The position numbers and the translations under genes are program-made. 64,000 bases of DNA, from the NCBI GenBank assembly GCA_049644265.1, contig JBARRO010000048.1:2886-66885 (forward strand), given 5' to 3'. The notes below the pieces were generated by a model. The model was not told the DNA's origin. It saw nothing but the letters and a program-made list of their open reading frames with translations, and did no database searches. The stretch comes from Bacteroidota bacterium. Lineage in GTDB: Bacteria; Bacteroidota; Ignavibacteria; UBA10030. Of the stretch, positions 1-10,130 are shown in pieces (position 1 is the stretch's first letter; the number at the start of each line of letters is the position of its first letter).

Positions 1-1012
1 CTGGAGCTTCAAATCCCGGTACGAGTCTCTTGTAGGAGTTTGTCGTCGGGTTCGTGATGGCGCAAAGCGCCGGCGCATGCTTCAGCAGACCGCCAATGTA
101 GTACATGGCCATTTCACTGAGTCCGGCGTATCCGTTCCCTGCGAAGAGCGGCTTTCCGCCTTTCCAGAGGCTTTGATGGACATGCATGCCGGATCCGTTG
201 TCGCCAAAGATCGGTTTCGGCATGAAGGTCACGGTCTTTCCGTGCTTCTTGGCAACGTTCTTCGTGATATACTTATACACAAGGTAGTTATCCGCCATGC
301 GGGTCAGCGTGTCACGGCGCATGTCGATCTCCGTCTGTCCTGCAGTGGCCACTTCATGGTGGTGGACTTCCACGTGGATCCCGACGTCCTCAAGGGTCAG
401 CACCATGTCGGAGCGAATGTCCTGCATGCTGTCGATCGGAGCGGCCGGAAAGTAACCTTCTTTGAACCGGGGCTTGTGACCGAGGTTCTGTTTGCCGTTC
501 GAACCGCTGTTCCAGAAGCCTTCTTCAGAATCCAGATAGTAGTAGCCAAATTCGTGGGATTGGTCAAACCGCACGTTGTCAAGGATGAAGAACTCCGGTT
601 CCGGGCCGAAATAGGAAGTGTCCGCGATTCCGCTGTTCTTCAGATAGGCCTCCGCTTTCTTTGCCACATAGCGTGGATCGCGGGAATAGCTTTCGTGCGT
701 CATCGGATCGACGATGTCACAGGTGAGACTCAGCGTAGGCACCGCAGTGAATGGATCGATAAAAAGAGTAGTGGGGTCCGGGAACAACAACATGTCGCTT
801 TCGTGGATCTTTTGAAAACCGCGGATACTCGAGCCGTCAAAGCCGATTCCTTCATCGAAAGTCGACTGGCTGAATTCATTGGCGGTCACCGAAAAATGCT
901 GCCACTGACCGATCATATCCGTAAACTTCAGGTCAATGACTCTGATACCCCGGTCTTTGATGGTCTTGAAAACCTTCTCAACACCGGACGCTGCTGCGGT
1001 CTTTGTCGCCAT
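1..1012 (-). CDS. glnA: Glutamine synthetase type I (N-terminal ~337 aa; gene runs off the window's 5' edge)
   Basis: Reverse-complement translation from ATG at 1012 gives [40 protein letters not shown]... with the [18 protein letters not shown] motif typical of GS-I. The + ORF 77..1039 is its antisense shadow. Confidence 0.85.
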   Translation of the reverse strand, partial: MATKTAAASGVEKVFKTIKDRGIRVIDLKFTDMIGQWQHFSVTANEFSQSTFDEGIGFDGSSIRGFQKIHESDMLLFPDPTTLFIDPFTAVPTLSLTCDIVDPMTHESYSRDPRYVAKKAEAYLKNSGIADTSYFGPEPEFFILDNVRFDQSHEFGYYYLDSEEGFWNSGSNGKQNLGHKPRFKEGYFPAAPIDSMQDIRSDMVLTLEDVGIHVEVHHHEVATAGQTEIDMRRDTLTRMADNYLVYKYITKNVAKKHGKTVTFMPKPIFGDNGSGMHVHQSLWKGGKPLFAGNGYAGLSEMAMYYIGGLLKHAPALCAITNPTTNSYKRLVPGFEAP

Positions 1013-1043
1013 ACGGCTTCTCCTTCGTGCAAGAGGTGAATGG

Positions 1044-1508
1044 TTATTTATGATTTGAAATTCGGATGCGAGTTGTCTCTTTCTGCGTGGAGAGCACCAC
1101 ACAAGTTGTCGTTTTTGCCACGCCGACCCAGGATTGAATCTTGGCGAGGAGTTTCTCAAGGCTCGCTGTGTTCTCCGTCCGCACCTTCAGCATGTGCGTC
1201 CCGTCCCCTGTAATCGCGTGACATTCGAGCACTTCATCGGCATTGCTGGCATGTTCGACAAACGTGTTGAAATGCTTGGAAGAATCAATGGTAACGATGA
1301 CAAAGGCCGTAACGTCCTTGCCCACAAGTTTATGGTCCACTTTTGCATAGTACCCCGTGATGTAACCGTTCTCTTCAAGCTTTCGCAATCGCTCGCTCGC
1401 CGCCGGAAGAGACAAGCCGACTTTCTCAGCCAACTCATTCCTGCGCTTTCGCCCCTCTTTTTGCAGGATCTCAAGGATCACAATATCGGTTTCGTCGAGT
1501 TGGGACAT
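1044..1508 (-). CDS. Lrp/AsnC family transcriptional regulator
   Basis: 154 aa with an N-terminal HTH ([43 protein letters not shown]) and a C-terminal RAM/AsnC_trans-like region. Lies upstream of and co-directional with glnA. Confidence 0.8.
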   Translation of the reverse strand: MSQLDETDIVILEILQKEGRKRRNELAEKVGLSLPAASERLRKLEENGYITGYYAKVDHKLVGKDVTAFVIVTIDSSKHFNTFVEHASNADEVLECHAITGDGTHMLKVRTENTASLEKLLAKIQSWVGVAKTTTCVVLSTQKETTRIRISNHK

Positions 1509-1585
1509 GGGAATAGAAAGGATGGTGAAACGATACTTAATTTATTAAGGCCATAGAGCCATCTGTCTTTACTAATGTAAGGTGC

Positions 1586-1650
1586 AAACCTTGCTTTGTC
1601 AAGGTTTTTTTTCACAAAAAAAAGCCGGCCGCCCAAACGGACGGCCGGCT
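1586..1650. terminator. Back-to-back intrinsic terminator hairpins (bidirectional)
   Basis: AACCTTG-ctttgt-CAAGGTT followed by T8 (plus sense, 1587-1612). Then A8 followed by GCCGGCCG-N10-CGGCCGGC (1624-1649), which on the minus strand reads hairpin + T8 directly downstream of nagA. Confidence 0.6.
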
Positions 1651-1672
1651 CAAACCCGATTCCTATGCAGCA

Positions 1673-2848
1673 TTATCCCGCCGCTTCCATCATCGAAAAC
1701 TTCACCGACCCTTCGGAGACGGTCATCTGAACTTCGAATTCCTTGTCAAGCACCACGAGATCCGCATCCTTCCCCACCGCGATGATGCCCTTGTGATGGG
1801 ATAAACCCAGGACCTTCGCACCGTTGAGTGACGCCATGCGAACTGCGTCGGTCAACGGGACGCCAACGAGCTGAACCATGTTCTTCACCGCCTTCTCCAT
1901 CGTCAACGTGCTACCCGCAAGTGTCTTGTTCCCCAGATATGCCTTCTTTCCCTTCACGTAGATCTTCTGGTCCATGAACGTGTATTCGCCATCCGGCATT
2001 CCTGAAGCACGGATGGCGTCCGTGATCAGCAAAATTCCCCCCTCACCCTTAATCTTGTAGATCAACTTCATGACGGCGGGGTGGACATGAATACCGTCTG
2101 CGATAAGCTCCACCTTCAGTTCGTTGTGCAGAAGCGCCGCAAGGACGACTCCCGGTTCCCTGTGATGGAACGGCCGCATCGCGTTGAACATGTGCGTCAC
2201 ATGAGCAGCGCCGTTATCGATCGCGGAAAGGACTTCCTGATAATTCGCAGAGGAGTGCCCGATGGACAGAACCACGTCGTTCTTTGCAGCCGCACGCATG
2301 ACTTCTTCCACTCCGGGAAGTTCGGGTGCAATGGTCATTAAACGAATATATCCCTGACTAGCTTCGAACAGCTTCTGCCATCCTTTTGTCGAGGGCTGCC
2401 AGAGATAGTCGACCTTCATGGCACCGTGAAGGTCGCGATTGATGAATGGACCTTCAAGGTGGATGCCCCAAACATTCTTCGAGCCCTTTGAAATACGGCA
2501 AAATTCGGCAATCCGCGAGACATCCGCGATCATGTCCTTTTCCGGCTTACTGTAGAGAGCTGCAAGAAGGCCCGTTGTTCCATGAGAGAAAAAGAATTGC
2601 GAAATCTTCTCGACCGCTTCGACACTCATATCCGCAAAGCCGTAACCACCGCCCCCGTGAACAAGCAGATCGATAAATCCCGGGGTGAGCATCATCCCTT
2701 CGCCATCGTACACCTTCATGGTCTTGGGAATTTCTATTTCTTTTGGTCCGCCGATAGAGGAAATCTTTTTCCCGTCGATCACGACGGTTCCCTTCTCCAA
2801 GATCCGGAACGGAGTAATGATGTCGATATTCTTGATGGCAAAGCTCAT
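1673..2848 (-). CDS. nagA: N-acetylglucosamine-6-phosphate deacetylase
   Basis: 391 aa. Metal-dependent amidohydrolase fold with HGGGG and GIHLEGPF motifs characteristic of NagA. Confidence 0.8.
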   Translation of the reverse strand: MSFAIKNIDIITPFRILEKGTVVIDGKKISSIGGPKEIEIPKTMKVYDGEGMMLTPGFIDLLVHGGGGYGFADMSVEAVEKISQFFFSHGTTGLLAALYSKPEKDMIADVSRIAEFCRISKGSKNVWGIHLEGPFINRDLHGAMKVDYLWQPSTKGWQKLFEASQGYIRLMTIAPELPGVEEVMRAAAKNDVVLSIGHSSANYQEVLSAIDNGAAHVTHMFNAMRPFHHREPGVVLAALLHNELKVELIADGIHVHPAVMKLIYKIKGEGGILLITDAIRASGMPDGEYTFMDQKIYVKGKKAYLGNKTLAGSTLTMEKAVKNMVQLVGVPLTDAVRMASLNGAKVLGLSHHKGIIAVGKDADLVVLDKEFEVQMTVSEGSVKFSMMEAAG

Positions 2849-2875
2849 AGAAGGGACTCTGGGATGTGCTGCTAG

Positions 2876-3535
2876 TTATGAGGAGCTTTTCCGGAGTGCG
2901 CCAACAGCGCCGCTTACGTCCGACTGATGAAAAATTGATGTGCCAGCCACCAGGACGCTTGCGCCGGCAGCGACGACCTCCCGGGCCGTAGTCAGATCAA
3001 TCCCACCGTCCACCTCAATTTCAATTTGTTTTCCGGACCGTTCAACCATCGCCCGTGTATCCCGAAGTTTCTTGAGAGATCCACGAATGAATTTCTGCCC
3101 TCCGAATCCCGGATTGACGGACATGATCAGGATCAGGTCCACATCCGGAAGCACTTCTTCAAGGGTAGCCACCGGTGTCGAAGGGTTCAACGCAACGCCG
3201 GCTTTCGCGCCAAGCTCCTTGATGCGGGCGACGGTTCTGTTCAGGTGCACGCAAGCCTCCTGGTGTACCGTGATAATATCGGCTCCCGCCGACCGGAATT
3301 CCTCGAGATATCGGTCGGGGTTTTCGATCATCAAGTGAGTGTCGAGCGGTTTGGCTGTAATCTTGCGGATGGACTTGATGACCGGCGGGCCGAAGGTGAT
3401 GTTGGGGACAAAATGGCCATCCATGATATCCAGATGGAGCCAGTCCGCGCCACCGTTTTCGGCGAGCTTGATCTGTTGCTGGAGATTCGAAAAATCAGAA
3501 GCGAGGAGCGATGGGGCAATCTTGAGGTTGGGCAT
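2876..3535 (-). CDS. rpe: Ribulose-phosphate 3-epimerase
   Basis: 219 aa. Shows PSLLASDF...LHLDIMDGHFVPNITFGP...VNPGFGGQKF...EVDGGI motifs. Confidence 0.9.
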   Translation of the reverse strand: MPNLKIAPSLLASDFSNLQQQIKLAENGGADWLHLDIMDGHFVPNITFGPPVIKSIRKITAKPLDTHLMIENPDRYLEEFRSAGADIITVHQEACVHLNRTVARIKELGAKAGVALNPSTPVATLEEVLPDVDLILIMSVNPGFGGQKFIRGSLKKLRDTRAMVERSGKQIEIEVDGGIDLTTAREVVAAGASVLVAGTSIFHQSDVSGAVGALRKSSS

Positions 3536-4359
3536 CAGTTTTCCAGTGTCGGTCGCCTGTCCCCCTTTTGTGCAACGAACAAATCAACAGGCTGCCCGAC
3601 GCTTGCAAGCTCGCCCCCTTTGGGATACTGATCGAGCACGGTGTTGGGAAGCAGGTCGAGACTTACCTGGTAGGTCACGGAGCCGATTTTGAATCCTGCC
3701 TGCGTGAGGACTTTCTCCGCCTCGGCGAGCGTCTTCATAACAACCTTGGGAACGGCTTGTTTGTTCGCGGTCCGGCCCTGACTGACCGTCACGCTCACGA
3801 ACGACCCATTCCTCACCTTCGTGCCCGCCTGGATCGCCTGGCTGATGACCGTGTTCTCAAAAAACTCGTCGGAAGGTTCGTATTGTATGCCCCCCAGCTT
3901 CAGGCCGTATTTCTCCAGGTTGAATGTCGCATCACGAATTGACCTGCCGCGAAGACTCGGGACAACAACCAGGACTTCTCCCCCACTGATCGTGAGATAA
4001 ACACCGCGACCGTATTTGACATCGGCCTCCGCAGAAGGAACCTGTTGAACGACCGTACCAACAGGATACTGCTTGTCCGGCTTGAATTCTGATTCCTTCG
4101 CTTCCAGTCCGCTTTCCTCAAGCACGCGCTTCGCCTCTTCAAGCGGAAGACCAACCACCGACGGAACTCTCGTGGTTTTCCCTTGTTGAACATAACGCGG
4201 CATGACGACGTCATCCACAAAAAAGAACAGGACGACGACTGCTCCGGTGATAACGGCAACGATTTTTGCGTACGATCGAAGCTGGGATTTGAGGATGGGC
4301 ATGGCTGACGGAAGAATATAGAAACAATTCCGTTGAGTATCAAATAAGTCCGCCGACAC
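3535..4359 (-). CDS. Membrane-anchored PASTA-domain protein (three PASTA repeats, no kinase/PBP domain)
   Basis: One TM helix (IVAVITGAVVVLFFF) followed by three ~65-aa repeats of the PASTA type (VPSVVGLPLEEAKRVLEESGL...; VVPSLRGRSIRDATFNLEKYGLK...; VPKVVMKTLAEAEKVLTQAGFK...). The true start is probably the internal Met (MPILKSQ...). Confidence 0.6.
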   Translation of the reverse strand: MSADLFDTQRNCFYILPSAMPILKSQLRSYAKIVAVITGAVVVLFFFVDDVVMPRYVQQGKTTRVPSVVGLPLEEAKRVLEESGLEAKESEFKPDKQYPVGTVVQQVPSAEADVKYGRGVYLTISGGEVLVVVPSLRGRSIRDATFNLEKYGLKLGGIQYEPSDEFFENTVISQAIQAGTKVRNGSFVSVTVSQGRTANKQAVPKVVMKTLAEAEKVLTQAGFKIGSVTYQVSLDLLPNTVLDQYPKGGELASVGQPVDLFVAQKGDRRPTLEN

Positions 4360-4393
4360 GTTCTTCTGTCCCCGATGTACTACGAGTCACACA

Positions 4394-5440
4394 GTGATTT
4401 CTGACCGGCCGGCTTCGTTGCATGGCAGTTCAAAGTTTTGTATCATTTTTCAACATTTCGTCCATCCTATGCTTGATGTCGAATCTTCACCAATCAGTGT
4501 TGCCGCCGAAAGAAGTTCTTCGCTCCAGAAGGATATTCTTCGGACACTGCTGTATTTTGACATCTTCAACCACCCGCTGACCGCCAAAGAGATCTACTCG
4601 TTCCTTCCCTCCAATTCCACAACCGCCTCTGCCGTGGAACAGGCGTGTTCATCCGAGCCGCTCCACGAGGTTATTACCCACGAGGGTCCTTACTTCCGCC
4701 TCCGCAGCGCGGGGGAAGACATTGTGGCGGACCGGCGCACGAAGGAATCCCGCGCCGCACGCTTATGGCGCATCGCCGTGTTCATGAGTCATATCATCCG
4801 CAGGTTCCCGTTCGTTCGGGCGGTGTTTGTTTCTGGTGAGCTATCCAAGGGAGTCGCGAGTCAAGACTCCGATATCGATTTTGTGATCGTCACCGCCGAG
4901 GGTCGACTCTGGATATGCAGGACCCTCCTCATTCTGTTTAAGAAAATGTTCCTGTTGAACAGCAAGAAATTCTTTTGCCTGAATCACTTTGTGTCCGCCG
5001 ACCACCTTGAAGCCGAGGACAGAAACGTATACACGGCAACCGAAATCGCCACACTCCAACCGCTCTACAACCTCGAACTCTTCAGGCAGTACCAACGCGT
5101 CAATGAATGGATTCAGACGTATCTACCGAACGCATCTACTATTTCTCATTCCCCCATCCGGAACGATCACCGCAGGTTGCTCATGCAACGTTTTCTGGAA
5201 TCACTTATCCTGTCGTCCGTTGCAGACAAAGTTGATCCATGGCTCCTGCAACGCTGGAAAATGGTCTGGCGCAAACGCTATCCGGAACTACCGACGGAAC
5301 GGCGCTCTCGTCTCTTTAAGTCTTCGCTCTATCTCTCCACGGCGTATGGACAGGATTTTCTCACACAAATTCTGACGAGATACCGGGACAGGCTCGAGCA
5401 GTCCAATCTCCTTTCGTACGACCACGGCCTTTCGAACTGA
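4394..5440 (+). CDS. Nucleotidyltransferase-fold (Pol-beta superfamily) protein, hypothetical; first gene of the tailoring operon
   Basis: Carries a GS-x10-DxD-like motif (SGELSKGVASQDSDIDFVIVT). Probable true start at MLDVESS (~4469). Abuts the next gene with a 9-bp spacing. Confidence 0.45.
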   Translation: MISDRPASLHGSSKFCIIFQHFVHPMLDVESSPISVAAERSSSLQKDILRTLLYFDIFNHPLTAKEIYSFLPSNSTTASAVEQACSSEPLHEVITHEGPYFRLRSAGEDIVADRRTKESRAARLWRIAVFMSHIIRRFPFVRAVFVSGELSKGVASQDSDIDFVIVTAEGRLWICRTLLILFKKMFLLNSKKFFCLNHFVSADHLEAEDRNVYTATEIATLQPLYNLELFRQYQRVNEWIQTYLPNASTISHSPIRNDHRRLLMQRFLESLILSSVADKVDPWLLQRWKMVWRKRYPELPTERRSRLFKSSLYLSTAYGQDFLTQILTRYRDRLEQSNLLSYDHGLSN

Positions 5441-5448
5441 TCAAGACC

Positions 5449-6942
5449 TTGCCGAATGTTCTTCTGACACACTCGTATTTCCTGAGGTTTGATCCAAAGG
5501 AGTACCGGGCCATGATGCCCTATCCTCCGCTGGGCACCCTCTATGCCGCCTCCTACCTCAGACAGCATGGAATTTCGGTTGCCCTCCACGATGTCATGCT
5601 TGCGGCAACTGAGGAAGAGATTGTGCCCGCAATCGCGGCTGCACAACCGTCCGTCGTGGCAATCTATGACGATGGATTCAACTACCTTTCGAAAATGTGC
5701 CTGACCCGGATGCGGCAGGCCGCATTCTCCATGACACAAATGGCTAAGGAGCGCGGGTGCACCGTGGTCGTCTTCAGCTCTGACGCCACAGACCATCTTG
5801 AGGAGTACTTCCGGCACGGTGCGGATTACGTGATCTGCGGAGAGGCTGAGGTCACCCTCGCCGAGCTGGTTCAATTTCTGACGGGGTCGTCTTCCCAAAC
5901 CCCGGAGATGATCAACGGACTCGCCTTTGTCAGGAAGGGCAACATCATAAAGACTGGACAGCGGAAAGTGCTCCAGGACCTCGATCAGTTGCCTTTCCCG
6001 GCATGGGACCTCGTCGATCTTCATCGTTATCGGTCAGCCTGGAAGAAACATCACGGATATTTTTCACTGAACATGGTGACAACCCGTGGGTGTCCCTTCC
6101 ACTGTAATTGGTGTGCGAAACCTCTGTATGGCCAGGTGTACCACGCGCGAAGCCCTGAGAATGTCGTTGCCGAAATGAAATACCTCAAGGAGTTTGCTCA
6201 GCCCGACCATATCTGGTTTGCGGATGACATTTTTGGACTTAAACCCGGTTGGGTGGAAAAATTCGCTTACCACGTGCAGAATGAGGACGCGAAAATCCCG
6301 TTCAAATGTCTGGCTCGAGTCGACTTGCTCCTTGAGAGGAACACGCTCCAGCAGCTCAGGGAAGCAGGTTGCGAAACAGTTTGGGTTGGTGCAGAATCGG
6401 GGTCCCAGAAAGTCCTCGACGCCATGGAAAAGGGAACCACGGTGGAACAGATTTACAGAGCCACATCCCTCCTTCGCCGAAACGGCATAAGGACCGGTTT
6501 TTTTCTCCAGTTTGGTTATCCAGGAGAAGATCGGGACGACATTCTGAAGACCATTGGAATGGTCAAGGATTGCATGCCGGACGAGATAGGAATTTCTGTT
6601 TCCTATCCCCTCCCGGGAACAAAGTTCTACGAACGCGTAAAGAATCAGCTGGCAGGAAAACAAAATTGGGCCGTGAGCCAGGATCTTGATCTCATGTTCG
6701 CCGGAGAGTTCTCACCCGATTTCTATCGAATGCTGCACCGGGTAGTTCACAAACAGTTCAAAATATGGCGCGGCCTCAGAGCCCTTAAAGCATTGTTTGT
6801 GCACCCCGGAGATCGTGTGAGGAACAAGATCCGATCCATCGCTTCCATGGTCTATTACGGTCTAACATTGCCCATCGATCGTATTCGCCTTCTTGCATTG
6901 GAAAAGGCGCCTCATGCCAGGATCAACGGCTATGCAGACTGA
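5449..6942 (+). CDS. Cobalamin-binding-domain radical SAM protein (class B)
   Basis: 497 aa. N-terminal Rossmann-like B12-binding region followed by a CPFHCNWC radical-SAM cysteine triad (CxxxCxxC). Confidence 0.75.
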   Translation: MPNVLLTHSYFLRFDPKEYRAMMPYPPLGTLYAASYLRQHGISVALHDVMLAATEEEIVPAIAAAQPSVVAIYDDGFNYLSKMCLTRMRQAAFSMTQMAKERGCTVVVFSSDATDHLEEYFRHGADYVICGEAEVTLAELVQFLTGSSSQTPEMINGLAFVRKGNIIKTGQRKVLQDLDQLPFPAWDLVDLHRYRSAWKKHHGYFSLNMVTTRGCPFHCNWCAKPLYGQVYHARSPENVVAEMKYLKEFAQPDHIWFADDIFGLKPGWVEKFAYHVQNEDAKIPFKCLARVDLLLERNTLQQLREAGCETVWVGAESGSQKVLDAMEKGTTVEQIYRATSLLRRNGIRTGFFLQFGYPGEDRDDILKTIGMVKDCMPDEIGISVSYPLPGTKFYERVKNQLAGKQNWAVSQDLDLMFAGEFSPDFYRMLHRVVHKQFKIWRGLRALKALFVHPGDRVRNKIRSIASMVYYGLTLPIDRIRLLALEKAPHARINGYAD

Positions 6943-7753
6943 GATCGTGTCAACAAGCTCTCATCAAGCCTCCGACGTTGCCCGGGCATTCGACGGTGTC
7001 GCCGGTGTCTTCGACCGGGATCTGGAGAACTCCATCACCGCCGAGCTCCGCCGACGGGTCTACAGCATACTGACTTCGTTGGTGCCCAGTGGATCCACCA
7101 TACTCGACATTAACTGTGGCACCGGCATCGACGCTTTGTTCCTTGCGGAAAGCGGTTATCGAGTGACCTGTATGGATGTCTCTTCAGCAATGATCGCAGA
7201 AGCGAAGAAGAAATTCAGCTTGAGAAGCGATCTGCAAACAGAATTCACGACAGGGTCCTTTGACGATCTTGCAGATAAGCATGTCCCACCAGTGGATATG
7301 ATCCTGTCAAATTTCGGTGGAATCAATTGTTCCGGCGACCTTGAAAGGACTGCGCAGGCGATCGCCTCTGCGATCAAACCCGGAGGATTCTTTGTCGGAG
7401 TCATCATGCCTCGGTTTTCGCTTTGGGAGTCTTCGTCCTATCTGCTTCACTTTCAATGGCGAAAGGCGAAACGCCGATTCGGCGGGATTGCCGCTGCGAC
7501 AGGATTCGGTAATCAGTTGTTCCCGGTCTATTACTATTCACCGGACGATGTCCTTGAAGCGTTCGGTGATGGATTCATCAAGAAACGCATCGCGGGTCTC
7601 AGCATAGTCGCCCCAACACCGCAATCGACCGGATTTGCCCAACGTCACCCTGGATTCGTCAGGCTTCTCTTCCGTCTCGACCGTTTCCTCCAATCCGTTC
7701 CAGTGCTTCGCTCCATTGGCGACCACTTTATCATTGTTCTGCAGAAGCAATGA
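6893..7753 (+). CDS. Class I SAM-dependent methyltransferase
   Basis: Motif I ILDINCGTGIDALFLAESG. Start probably at ATG 6914 or 6932, overlapping the 3' end of the preceding radical SAM gene. Confidence 0.7.
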   Translation: MHWKRRLMPGSTAMQTEIVSTSSHQASDVARAFDGVAGVFDRDLENSITAELRRRVYSILTSLVPSGSTILDINCGTGIDALFLAESGYRVTCMDVSSAMIAEAKKKFSLRSDLQTEFTTGSFDDLADKHVPPVDMILSNFGGINCSGDLERTAQAIASAIKPGGFFVGVIMPRFSLWESSSYLLHFQWRKAKRRFGGIAAATGFGNQLFPVYYYSPDDVLEAFGDGFIKKRIAGLSIVAPTPQSTGFAQRHPGFVRLLFRLDRFLQSVPVLRSIGDHFIIVLQKQ

Positions 7754-8907
7754 ACATCGGAACCATGAGATTCGTCGACCGGTTCGTCGGCGTTCCCCTT
7801 TGCTGGATCCTGGGAACGGCCTACAAGCTGGGCTCACCTTCGAAAGCAGCCTTAAGTCCCCGGGTGCGTCGCATTCTCGTCATGAAGTTCTTCGGACTGG
7901 GCAGCATCCTCTTGTCAACTCCTGCACTTCTGCTCATGGAGTCCGCATTCCCCGACGCAACCATCACATTTCTGAGTTTCGACAGGAACCGCGATCTGCT
8001 TCGTCGCTTTCCATCCATCGACTCCGTTCTTACTGTCCGTCGCACTTCCATCACAAATTTCCTTTCGGATTCCTTCAGGCTGATCCTTCACCTCGTGACT
8101 GTTCGATACGACGTGGTGTTTGACCTTGAGTTTTTTTCCAAGTTCTCGACGTTTCTTGCGGGACTCAGCAGGGCACGCATCCGGGCCGCATTTTCCCTGC
8201 CCACGTACTGGCGGTCCTCGCTTGTCACCCATTCCATTCCGCTTGCCAGGGATCGACATGTCACGGAATCATTCAGCTCCCTCGTCTTCGCCGTAACAGG
8301 AAGTCCGATGTCGATTCCTGCGGTCCAACCGCCTGCGGTCTACGAGGCAGACAGCCAGTCTCTCCTGAAAAAAATTCCGCTCGACGATGGCCCGGTCATC
8401 GGAGTCAACGTCAACGCGGGCGATACGTTCCTTGAACGCCGATGGCCTCCGGAACGGTTCGCAGCCCTTGTCTCCGCGCTTTCCCGCGAACATGGTTCGG
8501 TGTTCGTGTTCACAGGGATCTCGGAGGAACGCTCCTATGTGCAACATGTCATCGACATGTCGGGTTGCAGGAACCGGTGCATTAATTCCGCGGGCGATCT
8601 GAGCATGCCGGAGCTGGGAGCTCTCCTGAGGCACTGTTCTCTGGTAATCTCAAATGACAGCGGTACGCTCCATCTGGCCTCCGCGCTCGGAACTCCGACC
8701 ATCGGACTCTACGGCCCCGAGTCTCCGGAATTCTACGGAACAACAGGAAACGGAAGTTCGATCCTTTACAGCGGAATCTCCTGCAGCCCCTGCATGAATA
8801 TCTACTCGGCAAAATCCTTTCGCTGCCCGTACGATTCGCGTTGCATGAAACAAATCCCGTTGGCGGACGTTCTCGAGCTTGCTCAACACGAGGCTTTGGT
8901 GCACTAA
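7750..8907 (+). CDS. Glycosyltransferase family 9 (heptosyltransferase-like)
   Basis: N-terminus RILVMKFFGLGSILLSTPAL matches the GT9 consensus. C-terminal SNDSGTLHLASALGTPTIGLYGP nucleotide-sugar motif. ATGA start/stop overlap with the upstream gene. Confidence 0.7.
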   Translation: MNIGTMRFVDRFVGVPLCWILGTAYKLGSPSKAALSPRVRRILVMKFFGLGSILLSTPALLLMESAFPDATITFLSFDRNRDLLRRFPSIDSVLTVRRTSITNFLSDSFRLILHLVTVRYDVVFDLEFFSKFSTFLAGLSRARIRAAFSLPTYWRSSLVTHSIPLARDRHVTESFSSLVFAVTGSPMSIPAVQPPAVYEADSQSLLKKIPLDDGPVIGVNVNAGDTFLERRWPPERFAALVSALSREHGSVFVFTGISEERSYVQHVIDMSGCRNRCINSAGDLSMPELGALLRHCSLVISNDSGTLHLASALGTPTIGLYGPESPEFYGTTGNGSSILYSGISCSPCMNIYSAKSFRCPYDSRCMKQIPLADVLELAQHEALVH

Positions 8908-10130
8908 TGCGCTTCCTCCAAAACACAGCCCTTCTCGCATTGACTGCATTCCTCTTATATCGCGGGATTATTCCTGCGTTGACAACTGTTGACACAGACT
9001 TCCCGAATTACTACACGGCATCGCGGTTGTTCATCGAGGGGAGGAACATGCAGAAGATCTACGATGACCGGTGGTTTCAGCAAGAAATCGTGCGATACGG
9101 AATGAACCAGGAGGGAAAATTCTCTCCCTTCCCTCCGGCGACAACGTTCATCATGATTCCGTTCGCATTCCTCACGCCCCTGAACGCCTTGCGTGTCTGG
9201 ACGGTGCTCAATTGCGGAATTCTGGCAGCCCTGATTGCCCTCCTTGCGCACGTCACCGGCAAGTCGTGGAAGTGGAGCGCGTTGCTGACGCTTGCAAGCG
9301 GCCACGCACTCGCCAACAATTTTCGATTCGGCCAGGTGTATCTGTTTCTCGCGTTCTTTATCCTTGCCGCTTATGCTCATTGGGTCAAGGAACGGGCAGT
9401 TCAGAGCGGTGCCCTGTTGGGCATCTCTGCCGCGTTCAAGTATTTTCCACTTGTTTTCATTCCGTATTTTCTGTTCCGAAGAGAGTGGAAGCTTGTAGCC
9501 GCTGAAATTGGGTCACTCATCGCTGTGATCATTCTGGGGTTGTGGACATTCGGTCTGGAGGTCCACAAGGAGTTCATCTCCACAATTCCTGCAAATCATC
9601 TGTACGGAAACATCCAGAATCCGTTCAGTGCTACATTCCAGTCCTGGAATAGTCTTTTCCGCAGGCTGTTTGTGCACGATCCGGCCCTCAATCCGAATCC
9701 TGTATTGGACCTCCCCTCGGCATTCCCGATTGCTCTGGCGCTCGTATATGGGGCTGTCTTAATTCTGCTTGTTCGGGGATTCAGGAAATCCCTTCGTTTG
9801 TCGGACGACCAATCTTCGCGTGTTCAGTTTTCCCTGATCATGCTTGCGGGCTTGTTGCTTCTTCCGGTCTCGGCAACGTACCACTTTCTCCTCCTCGTGG
9901 TTCCTGTCGGAATTCTTCTCAGCCAGGCCGGCCAACATTGGACCCGAACAGAGCAGGCATTTGCTGTCGTCTTTGTACTCATCGGATTCATTCCGTACAA
10001 CCTGCTGACCAGATTCGATTCCCACGGGCTGCTTTCAGTGTTTGCGTATCCGCGCCTCCTCCTGATGACCGGCCTATTTGCTCTTGCGGTGAACGAACCG
10101 AGAGAACGAATAGGGGACAACGCACGATGA
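8841..10130 (+). CDS. Polytopic membrane glycosyltransferase of the DUF2029/GT87-like type
   Basis: About 11 predicted TM helices with conserved aromatic/basic loops (FKYFPLVFIPYFLFRREWK). Likely start at MRFLQNT (~8907), overlapping the upstream stop. Confidence 0.5.
   Translation: MHETNPVGGRSRACSTRGFGALMRFLQNTALLALTAFLLYRGIIPALTTVDTDFPNYYTASRLFIEGRNMQKIYDDRWFQQEIVRYGMNQEGKFSPFPPATTFIMIPFAFLTPLNALRVWTVLNCGILAALIALLAHVTGKSWKWSALLTLASGHALANNFRFGQVYLFLAFFILAAYAHWVKERAVQSGALLGISAAFKYFPLVFIPYFLFRREWKLVAAEIGSLIAVIILGLWTFGLEVHKEFISTIPANHLYGNIQNPFSATFQSWNSLFRRLFVHDPALNPNPVLDLPSAFPIALALVYGAVLILLVRGFRKSLRLSDDQSSRVQFSLIMLAGLLLLPVSATYHFLLLVVPVGILLSQAGQHWTRTEQAFAVVFVLIGFIPYNLLTRFDSHGLLSVFAYPRLLLMTGLFALAVNEPRERIGDNAR

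Noticed and set aside
77-1039. 320-aa plus-strand ORF at the window start
   Set aside because: It is antisense to a textbook glutamine synthetase (glnA) reading frame on the minus strand. It has no recognisable motifs and a GC-skewed codon pattern typical of shadow ORFs.
1134-1556. 140-aa plus-strand ORF
   Set aside because: Antisense shadow of the Lrp/AsnC regulator gene.
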